From the NCBI GenBank assembly GCA_944349805.1, contig CALVNP010000055.1, positions 1,565 through 65,564 of the forward strand: a stretch of 64,000 bases of DNA, written 5' to 3'. The notes under the pieces are model-generated. The model saw only the letters and a list, made by a program, of their open reading frames with translations. It ran no database searches and was not told the DNA's origin. Shown piece by piece: positions 18,490 to 25,584 of this stretch (positions within the stretch are counted from its first letter, which is position 1; the number at the start of each line of letters is the position of its first letter). The translations under genes and the position numbers were made by a program. Origin of the DNA: an uncultured Clostridia bacterium. GTDB taxonomy: Bacteria; Bacillota; Clostridia; Christensenellales; UBA1242.

Positions 18490-19170
18490 ATGGATTTTGA
18501 TTTTTTTAGAGATGGGCTCGTATTATTTGATGAATATCAATTAACAAAGTTTGACAAATTTGAAACAATCTCTGGGATATACAACTTAGATGTGATAGTT
18601 AAAGATAAAGTTTATCAAGGGAAATTTGCAGTAATTATAAATATTGAAAATACAAAAAATTTTATTCCAGAAGTTTATTTACCAAATCTTTCTTTACCTT
18701 ACAAATTCGAGCATGTATACAAAGACAAAAACAATTTATGCTGTTTAGGATTAAACTATGAAATTGAGCTAACTTGGGGAGAAAAACGTAACTTTTATAA
18801 TTTTTTAACAAAGATCTTAGATCCTTTCTTAGTAAATTATTTAGAATACTGCCAAACTAAAAATTATATAAACGGTGATAGACCTCATGCAAAAGAAGGA
18901 TTAATTGAGTACTACTCTCAATTTTTTCCTAATGAAAACCACAATAAAATAATTCCTATTTTATTATATTGTTATCATAAAATTTCAAGAAACGAATTTG
19001 CAAAAGGTAATAACTTGTGCCCTTGTGGCAGCGGTAAAAATATTAGGCATTGTATTCATCAACAGAAAATTAGAGAATTTATTAATAATGCATTAAATAA
19101 TGCTTACTTAAAAAATGCGTTTCTAAACGATATGAAAAATTATATAGGAGACAAAAATGAGCAAAGGTAA
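18490..19170 (+). CDS. E2/UBC-like protein with C-terminal SEC-C zinc motif (Cap2-short-like candidate)
   Basis: The sequence shows a UBC-like layout. The beta-meander is GKFAVIINIENTKNFIPEVYLP. The catalytic-loop-like segment is EHVYKDKNNLCCLGL (H75, C84/C85). A helix TWGEKRNFYNFLTKILDPFL follows. The C-terminal CPCGSGKNIRHC is a SEC-C motif. The start is uncertain (ATG 18490 or GTG 18454). Confidence 0.5.
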   Translation: MDFDFFRDGLVLFDEYQLTKFDKFETISGIYNLDVIVKDKVYQGKFAVIINIENTKNFIPEVYLPNLSLPYKFEHVYKDKNNLCCLGLNYEIELTWGEKRNFYNFLTKILDPFLVNYLEYCQTKNYINGDRPHAKEGLIEYYSQFFPNENHNKIIPILLYCYHKISRNEFAKGNNLCPCGSGKNIRHCIHQQKIREFINNALNNAYLKNAFLNDMKNYIGDKNEQR

Positions 19171-20296
19171 AAATATTAACAAAGAAACAAGAAACTATTC
19201 AAAAGAAACAATAGCTTTACTTTATGGAAAAACTGCAGGTCATTGTACAATTTGTAATCGACCTTTGCAGTTTGACAATTACTCCCATAGTGATGTAAAC
19301 ATTTCAGAAAAAGCACACATTAAACCTTTTAGCGAATTAGGACCTCGCTCTTCAACTGAAGTTTTAACCACAGAAGAAAAAAACGGTTATGATAATTTAA
19401 TTTTGCTCTGTGGAGCATGTCATTCTACTATCGATAAAAAAGTTTTAGAAGGTGTATATACTGTAGACTGGCTGAAAGAGGAAAAAATACGAAAAGAAAA
19501 ACAAATACGCGAAGTGATGAAGTGTTTAACTCCAAAAGAAATATATTGCTTAAAGTTATTTAGCCCGATAGCTGATTCAAATTTTGATTATGATGATAAT
19601 TTGTTAAAAAGATTGTGCTACAAAAATGGTTTTCATGTAAATGAAACTTTAATTGATTTAGGAGATAATCTTAATATTGAAAATAAAAAAATAAATTTAA
19701 CTGTATTCAATCAACAAATAAAATCTAAAGTGAAATTATTAAATAATAATGGAGAAAATAATGAACTTTGTATATTTGCACTTGGACCACAATATTTGTT
19801 AATAAAATTAGGTTATGAATTATCCGATAAAATAGATGCACATATTTTTACAAAACATAGAAATGGATGGATTTATGATAATATCAATGAAAAGAAAAAT
19901 TACTTTTCTATAATTCGTCCTGTGAAAATTGAAAAAAATAACCAAGTGTCTATAATTGTTTCATCTAGCGCAGAAGTAAATCACGATAGAGTATATCATT
20001 GTTTAGGTAAAAATATAGATATCTGGGAATTAAAGGCAAATAATATAGGTATTGATAATATAAATTCAATAGAAGAAATAGTACAGTTTTCAATTCAATG
20101 TGTTACTATTATTGATAATATTGGCACTATATATGGTAAGGATAAAATAATTAATTTATTTCCTGCTATGTGTAATTCTTTGGCTGTTAAATTTGGACAA
20201 TCAATATTTCATAAAAGCCATAATAAAATTTTGATATATGATACTATTAAAGATAAAACAGGGGAAATAATAGAAAAACCCATTTTAAAAATTTAA
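19157..20296 (+). CDS. HNH endonuclease fused to a SAVED sensor domain (Cap5-like CBASS effector)
   Basis: The N-terminal HNH is CTICNRPL...EKAHIKPFS...NLILLCGACHSTID. The C-terminal ~230 aa contains two CARF-like repeats (ELCIFALGPQYLLIKLGYELSD and IINLFPAMCNSLAVKFGQSI) as in SAVED. RBS AGGAG. It overlaps the previous gene by 14 nt. Confidence 0.7.
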   Translation: MSKGKNINKETRNYSKETIALLYGKTAGHCTICNRPLQFDNYSHSDVNISEKAHIKPFSELGPRSSTEVLTTEEKNGYDNLILLCGACHSTIDKKVLEGVYTVDWLKEEKIRKEKQIREVMKCLTPKEIYCLKLFSPIADSNFDYDDNLLKRLCYKNGFHVNETLIDLGDNLNIENKKINLTVFNQQIKSKVKLLNNNGENNELCIFALGPQYLLIKLGYELSDKIDAHIFTKHRNGWIYDNINEKKNYFSIIRPVKIEKNNQVSIIVSSSAEVNHDRVYHCLGKNIDIWELKANNIGIDNINSIEEIVQFSIQCVTIIDNIGTIYGKDKIINLFPAMCNSLAVKFGQSIFHKSHNKILIYDTIKDKTGEIIEKPILKI

Positions 20297-20337
20297 AAAA
20301 TATCCACCACCAATAAATTTGGTAGTGGATTTTTTTA
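20296..20337. terminator. Bidirectional terminator between the Cap5-like gene and the integrase gene
   Basis: A 12-bp stem ATCCACCACCAA/TTGGTAGTGGAT with one mismatch, with an A-run on one side and a T-run on the other. Confidence 0.75.
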
Positions 20338-21729
20338 TCCAAAAATTTTATTGATTTTTTCTGAGGCGTGGATGTCGCTATTTTGCAAAAAGTGAGAATA
20401 AAAGTCGCTTGTCGTGCTTGCTCTGGCGTGGCCTGCACGCGTTGAAACCGTCTTCATATCAACTCCAGCATTGAGTTGCAATGTGATATTGGTATGGCGC
20501 AGCGAGTGTAGTGTAACCTTAGGCAAACCCGCTTTATTCAAAATCTTATGTAGCCAAACTATGTATAGCCCATGTGATATTGGCTCACCAGAATCTGTTG
20601 AGAACAATCTATCAATCGTTTCCCATCTATCGCCAAGATATGACTTATGTTCTTGCCACCAAGTTTGGTATTCCTTTAAATATGTGATCAAGTTCTCTGG
20701 CATTGAGATCGTTCTTTTGGACGTTTCTGTCTTTGGCTCTTTTGTGAATATCCCAAAACCAGGTAATTCTTGCACTGAGCGGCATATTCTCATTGTGCCA
20801 TTTTCAAAGTCAATATCTTTCCACTCAAGGCCACCAAGTTCACCGCGTCTAAGCCCCATATACAAAATTGTTAAAATTGCAATGCGCCAACGCGGATTTA
20901 TTTCTTCTTCTCGCAAATAGCGTTCCAATTCAATAGCCTCTTTATCATTAAGGATTTTTATTTCCTTTTTATATCCCTGTATAGGAGCAATGTATTCTTG
21001 GGATGCAAAATTGTGTTCAATTAAGCCTTGACGCTTTGCACTCGCGAGTATTGTCGCAAGCGTGCGCTTTAGCTTTAATATTGTTTCTTTTGCATATGGA
21101 TGACTATCTGTTTGAATTTTGAAATAATCATCAAATTTGAGATTTAAAATTTCACATAACTTTTGTGCATTTGAAACTAATATGCCATGGCCTGAAAGTG
21201 CTGAAAAGTATGTTGACCTAGAAAAGTCGTTTTCTCGCAGTTTCTTGCACAAATCTACCGAATGCGATCTTACAAATAGTTGTAAATCTTTAATAAGGAA
21301 CGCTCGTTCCATTTGCACTTTATGGCTGCAAAGCTTGTCCAAATATCCTTGTACTGTTATTGGCCTGATGTCTGCAAGTTTGATGTTCCCAAAGTATTCT
21401 TCAAACTTTCGCAGTGCATCTCTGCCTTTAATAAAGTAGTTGACTGAACGCGTCATTTTAATCGTTTCAAGCCACTTGTATGCATATTCCATAAAGGTGA
21501 TAGAATCGTCAACCATAATGTCGCCATTCAGTTGCTTTCTAAACTTGTCTTCAAATTCAATTTCAAGGCGTTTAAGTTCCTTTTCACATTGTCTCTCAGT
21601 CAGTTCTGCAGGCTTGCGCCATGTCATAACCTTAGCCTCAAATTTACCTGTTCGCAAGTTTTTTGCTTTGACCTGTATGCGATAAGATATATCACCATTT
21701 TGCAAAACATTCTTTTTTATGCATCCCAT
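20335..21729 (-). CDS. Tyrosine site-specific integrase
   Basis: 464 aa. Box I is LYMGLRRGELGGLEWKDI. Box II is LHSLRHTNIT...AGHARASTTSDFYSH, giving the R..HxxR..Y catalytic set. The N-terminal arm-binding-type domain is GDISYRIQVK. RBS AGGAGG. Confidence 0.92.
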   Translation of the reverse strand: MGCIKKNVLQNGDISYRIQVKAKNLRTGKFEAKVMTWRKPAELTERQCEKELKRLEIEFEDKFRKQLNGDIMVDDSITFMEYAYKWLETIKMTRSVNYFIKGRDALRKFEEYFGNIKLADIRPITVQGYLDKLCSHKVQMERAFLIKDLQLFVRSHSVDLCKKLRENDFSRSTYFSALSGHGILVSNAQKLCEILNLKFDDYFKIQTDSHPYAKETILKLKRTLATILASAKRQGLIEHNFASQEYIAPIQGYKKEIKILNDKEAIELERYLREEEINPRWRIAILTILYMGLRRGELGGLEWKDIDFENGTMRICRSVQELPGFGIFTKEPKTETSKRTISMPENLITYLKEYQTWWQEHKSYLGDRWETIDRLFSTDSGEPISHGLYIVWLHKILNKAGLPKVTLHSLRHTNITLQLNAGVDMKTVSTRAGHARASTTSDFYSHFLQNSDIHASEKINKIFG

Positions 21730-21740
21730 AATTGCACCTC

Positions 21741-21959
21741 CTAATTTATTTTTATTTGTTCCATTGGTAATGCGTATTCTTTACTTTGAAGGAAAGCAAG
21801 TAGTGAATCGAAGTCCACCATAACTTTACTTCCTGTTTTTACTGAACGAATTTTCTCGTTGTATGCAAGCATCCTAATGAAGTAAGCAGTGATACTAGAA
21901 TCAGGATCTTCATGCTTAATCATTTTTACAGCCTCGTTTATTGTTCTTATTCTTGTCAT
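21741..21959 (-). CDS. Small Xis-like / excisionase-type DNA-binding protein
   Basis: 72 aa (MTRIRTINEAVKMIK...ITAYFIRMLAYNEKI...) lying immediately upstream of int in the same direction. RBS GGAGG lies 6 nt before ATG 21959. The longer 120-aa ORF-track form is rejected. Confidence 0.6.
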   Translation of the reverse strand: MTRIRTINEAVKMIKHEDPDSSITAYFIRMLAYNEKIRSVKTGSKVMVDFDSLLAFLQSKEYALPMEQIKIN

Positions 21960-22072
21960 TGAAACCTCCTCGTGCTGTCCTTGACTGGAGCTTTTTGGTA
22001 GCAGTGATGTTACCTCTAAATTTATTAAAAGTCCAGACAATTCGCAGCTAATCTTAAAACTTATTTCTAAAT

Positions 22073-22106
22073 AGCGCGGCATTTGCCCTAAACAGCGCGG
22101 CATTTG
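22073..22106. promoter_or_regulatory. Direct repeat AGCGCGGCATTTG x2, spaced 21 bp start to start (candidate operator of the xis-int promoter)
   Basis: Two perfect 13-bp GC-rich copies (22073-22085 and 22094-22106) sit in an AT-rich region about 115-150 bp upstream of the xis-like start. Confidence 0.5.
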
Positions 22107-22171
22107 TGCAGAAACACTTTTCTTGAATAAATTATCGTCTTTGATAAAACATCGCCACAGAGCGCAAATAT

Positions 22172-22235
22172 TTGATTTCTTTTGAATTTTGATTTTATTT
22201 GATTATTTTTTGATTTATTTTTGATTTTTTATCAA
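22172..22235. repeat. Helically phased TTGATTT repeats, 6 direct copies plus an inverted copy
   Basis: TTGAT/TTGAA motifs start at 22172, 22182, 22189, 22199, 22210 and 22221 (spacings 10, 7, 10, 11, 11). An inverted ATCAA lies at 22231. The block sits between the rep-like and xis-like genes. Confidence 0.6.
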
Positions 22236-22311
22236 CGAAAATCCATATATTAAAACATCAAAAACTTAAGAATTGCCTTATATTTAGGGCAATTTGCCAA
22301 GCTAACAACTA

Positions 22312-23088
22312 TTATTTTTTTGATTTTTGATTTCGCGAACTTTTGTGTGAAAGCCCGCGTCCGCTCACAAGCCTAATCCCGTAGAGATTTAGAGCCCCTC
22401 CCTCAGAAAGTGGTGGAAGTTCACTTATCATTTCAGTTAACACTTCCTTCACAACATTTTCAAAAGGATTATTTGGTCTGCGCTGTAATTCATCTGCTGA
22501 TGGTACAGTAAGAAGAATTAACTTGTCCGATACACTATCAGTTTTTGAATCTTTAAAATGCATATCAAAAGCATATTCACTTATTAGCGGTTTAATCTTT
22601 TGCTTTAATTTTAAAACAAACAAGTTCCCATCCAGATCCTTCACGCGCGCGTTTCTAGAAATAATTTTAATTTTATTTTTATAATATCTCACTATTACAG
22701 GTACTGCTTGTCCGGCTGGTAGGCAAAGAATGTCTTGTCTATCATCAGGTGTCAGCATTGGGCTACCGTCCAAACCCCAAAAAAGAATCTCAGAATTTAT
22801 GTAAATGTAAAGGCGGTTGTTGTTTTCTAAATGCCTTTTTATTATTCCTTTTTCTTCTAAGCCAACAAGAATTCTGCGAGTTTGGCGCTCCTTTCTTCTT
22901 AGGATAGGTAGGTCATCAAGCATCTTTTTGTATGTAATCCAACAATACTTCCTCCTGTTAATGAATTTTGTAACAGCGTTGCCGCTATCAAAGAACTTGA
23001 TTAAATAATCAAGTAGCAATGCATCTTGCATTGTAAGTCCAAGTCCGACCATAGTTTTTTGATCAAAGTCGAAAATGTATTCTCTCAT
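22312..23088 (-). CDS. Winged-helix replication-initiator / replisome-organizer-like protein
   Basis: 258 aa. The N-terminal ~100 aa (LTMQDALLLDYLIKF...WITYKKMLDDLPIL..KERQTRRILVGLEEKGIIKR) looks like a DnaD/replisome-organizer-type wHTH. It has a basic C-terminal tail and is flanked on both sides by repeat fields. RBS AGGAGG. Confidence 0.45.
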   Translation of the reverse strand: MREYIFDFDQKTMVGLGLTMQDALLLDYLIKFFDSGNAVTKFINRRKYCWITYKKMLDDLPILRRKERQTRRILVGLEEKGIIKRHLENNNRLYIYINSEILFWGLDGSPMLTPDDRQDILCLPAGQAVPVIVRYYKNKIKIISRNARVKDLDGNLFVLKLKQKIKPLISEYAFDMHFKDSKTDSVSDKLILLTVPSADELQRRPNNPFENVVKEVLTEMISELPPLSEGGALNLYGIRLVSGRGLSHKSSRNQKSKK

Positions 23089-23510
23089 AATATCCTCCTA
23101 ATTAAATTTTTTTGCCACGCAATAGGTTGATCAGGTCTATCACGAAGCATATATTTTAACGAGCTCTCGAGCACTCGATAAAACCAAATTGAAATGTGCC
23201 TACATATATAAGGACTAAGAAAGGCAAAAGTCCCCTAGCAATGTGCCAAAAATTTTCATCCTCCTATATATAAGGACAGAAAAAGTTAAATCACCACTAG
23301 TAAAGCGCCAAGTTTTTTATAAAACAAAAAAAGACCGCTAAACTAATAGCAGTCTCTTTTGACCTTCCTCTTATATTATACGGCTCGGCACAGACATAGC
23401 GTAATCCGGTCGTTCACTTTTCATAATCTTTTCGTGACTTTTTTTGAATTATCGCAAAATAACACACCTACAAAAGAACAAAATTTAATCCTGTTTAATA
23501 AATAATTTGC

Positions 23511-23940
23511 TGTCACAAGTGTCATATCCGTCACTAAAAAATAAACTTACATAATAAAAAACGTTGTCATCCTTGTCACATCCGTCACAAGAAAAATGAC
23601 AGAAATGACAAATGACATTAAAATTCGTTTATATAGGAATTAGTGACACTTATGACAACGATGACAAGGATTTTAATATAAAACAGTGACACTTGTGACG
23701 CTTGTGACAGGTAATTTTTATATAAAAACATTTGTCCTATTTGTCCTTTGTCCACAAAATAATGGACAGAAAGACAAAAGGCAAATAGATTCGTTTAAAA
23801 GGACATATTGGACAAACAGGACAAATAGACAAATAAATTTTTTATTTTTTACCGAATCTCACGCGTACGCGCACGTAAAATAATTAGTGTTTTAGTGTCT
23901 TTAGTGTCAGAAATTACACTAATTACACTATTACACTAAA
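23511..23940. repeat. Non-coding iteron field: three short-repeat families in direct and inverted trimer arrays plus one GC-rich direct trimer, mostly at 9-bp periodicity
   Basis: GTCAC/GTCAT trimers lie at 23512-23534 and 23566-23588. Inverted TGAC(A) trimers lie at 23597-23617, 23644-23666 and 23686-23708. TTGTCC x3 lies at 23732-23753. Inverted GGACA arrays lie at 23764-23786 and 23801-23832. ACGCG x3 lies at 23859-23876. TAGTGT x3 lies at 23885-23907. Inverted TACACTA x3 lies at 23915-23938. Confidence 0.9.
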
Positions 23941-24001
23941 TTTGTTTGATCTATATATTAGTAGTAACCCCAAATTTTCCGATAAAAAAAGAACGGGCAG
24001 G

Positions 24002-24382
24002 TTAGTCCGTTCTCTTTTTATTCAATATCATTAATACTATTACACTTATTATTCCTATCAGAAGAATTGACGGAACTACAATTTTAATCCACAATGGCCA
24101 AGAAATAAGCCATCGTTGAAACTCTATAATACCTTGATATATGAATATTCCAATGATAATAAGAATTACAAAAACAGCAATAAAAGCATCTTTTCCATCT
24201 TTTTTATTTGTTATCAAATGAAGTGAGTATAACACACCTACAATCGCATATGCAATCATGCCTATTATTGCAAATACAGTATTCCAAAAATAATTATCTA
24301 AAAAGCCAATGCCGGTTATACTTAAAGAGGAAATCAAAGCAACCAATAAAATTTTATAATAACTAAGAGAATTGTTCTTCAT
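24002..24382 (-). CDS. Four-TM membrane protein, last gene of the R-M operon
   Basis: 126 aa with four hydrophobic helices. The start lies 8 nt after the ASCH gene stop. No recognisable family. Confidence 0.55.
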   Translation of the reverse strand: MKNNSLSYYKILLVALISSLSITGIGFLDNYFWNTVFAIIGMIAYAIVGVLYSLHLITNKKDGKDAFIAVFVILIIIGIFIYQGIIEFQRWLISWPLWIKIVVPSILLIGIISVIVLMILNKKRTD

Positions 24383-24389
24383 ATTTTAC

Positions 24390-24734
24390 CTACACATTAA
24401 CCCAAATTATCGCACCCTTAGGGTGTTTATATTTTATTGGCTTTTCAAATCTTTGAGCGTTAGCTAAGACCCATGCGTATGTATTTTTATAGGGCAATTT
24501 ATTTACATCTTGTATACAATGTTTCATTGATTCTTTTTGAAACATATCCATAGACAAATGGATGGAATCAATTAATTCACAACTACCTACAATTAAACCT
24601 GAGCCGCTTTGAATCAAAAAAATTTTACCTCTAATTTTTGTGTTAGAACCTCTAATTTCCCAAGTTTTCTTTCTGTTAAGGATATAATCAACCCACGGTT
24701 GTTTTATAATTAAAGCTTTCATATAATTCGCCAA
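24390..24734 (-). CDS. ASCH-domain (PUA-like fold) protein
   Basis: ALIIKQPWVDYILNRKKTWEIRGSNTKIRGKIFL is the characteristic ASCH N-terminal strand pattern. The gene abuts the endonuclease stop codon. The start is TTG 24734 or ATG 24722. Confidence 0.65.
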   Translation of the reverse strand: MANYMKALIIKQPWVDYILNRKKTWEIRGSNTKIRGKIFLIQSGSGLIVGSCELIDSIHLSMDMFQKESMKHCIQDVNKLPYKNTYAWVLANAQRFEKPIKYKHPKGAIIWVNV

Positions 24735-25502
24735 CTATTTGTAGATTTTAATAGTTCCATATGTAAGAAGTTTTTGTAAAATAATTCTAAATCCCGTTCC
24801 ATGATCATGCGTTTTACCTTTGTTTTTACCAGAAGCATAGACACCAATTCTAATATCAATAAATAAATCTCCATTTTCTATGGCTGATAACATTTTTTCA
24901 ATTGTTAACCCTTCTAAAATGACCATCTGTTCATATCGAACGAAATGGTAACCACCTTCATCTTTTTCTTCGCCATATAGGATTGCAATTTTATTCAATT
25001 TTTTTGATAATGCATTTTCTAGAACAGAAAAGTCCCAATACACATTTTTCCCTATACTTTCACTTTCTAAAATAACATCGTCAACTGTTCTTTTTACGAC
25101 TAATCTAAGTTTTTTGGAAGCCCGATCTACATTTACTTTAAAGCAGTGGCCACCTCTATGAGAATTAAATTTATTGCCACTAACAGTTGTATTAAGAACC
25201 TTTTTCCCTGAATCTGGTTCTATCACACCATAACTTTCTCTAAGATATGTATTTACCCCTTTGGGGGATGATGGTGATTTAGAAAAAAGCGACATGAGAC
25301 TAGACGTAATTATTCTGTGTGATTTTAATTCAATTCCTTTAAAATCTGCCTCTGGTTTGTTGTCTTCTTTTTTACCAATTAAGTCTTCAAAGGCATTCCC
25401 TAAACACTGGTCTCCATGCCTTTTTGTTTCTATCCATCCCAACTTCTTTATTGAATAGAAAAGGTCAACCAATTCTTGCTCTGCTTGTAAATAATTATCC
25501 AT
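24735..25502 (-). CDS. Type II restriction endonuclease, MvaI/BcnI family
   Basis: GNAFEDLIGKKEDNKPEADFKGIELKS and the C-terminal ...KTHDHGTGFRI....L parallel BcnI (GQILERQFGVQENN...DLGEFELKG and ...GPHDRGPHLRI). ATG 25502 sits behind RBS GAGG. Confidence 0.7.
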   Translation of the reverse strand: MDNYLQAEQELVDLFYSIKKLGWIETKRHGDQCLGNAFEDLIGKKEDNKPEADFKGIELKSHRIITSSLMSLFSKSPSSPKGVNTYLRESYGVIEPDSGKKVLNTTVSGNKFNSHRGGHCFKVNVDRASKKLRLVVKRTVDDVILESESIGKNVYWDFSVLENALSKKLNKIAILYGEEKDEGGYHFVRYEQMVILEGLTIEKMLSAIENGDLFIDIRIGVYASGKNKGKTHDHGTGFRIILQKLLTYGTIKIYK

Positions 25503-25584
25503 ATATACCTCACTATGACCAATTATAGCAAAAAAAATGATGCAACACAAATCTTGCATCATTTTTATTATACTTTTTTAAAAA

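Noticed and set aside
20414-21744. Plus-strand ORFs of 168, 100, 81 and 70 aa
   Set aside because: All lie antisense within the integrase gene, which has the full R-HxxR-Y catalytic signature.
21960-22103. N-terminal 48 codons of the 120-aa ORF 21741-22103
   Set aside because: This part translates the AGCGCGGCATTTG direct repeat and has no RBS. A GGAGG RBS precedes the internal ATG at 21959, which gives a typical 72-aa Xis-like protein.
23686-23883. 65-aa ORF (MTLVTLVTGNFYIK…) in the six-frame track
   Set aside because: It lies entirely within the iteron field, and its sequence is just a translation of the GTGAC/TTGTCC/GGACA repeats. It has no RBS and is periodic and low-complexity.
23511-23940. 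Possible CRISPR array
   Set aside because: The repeat units are only 5-8 bp with a 7-9-bp period. They occur in both orientations and are not separated by ~30-bp unique spacers. No cas genes are present.
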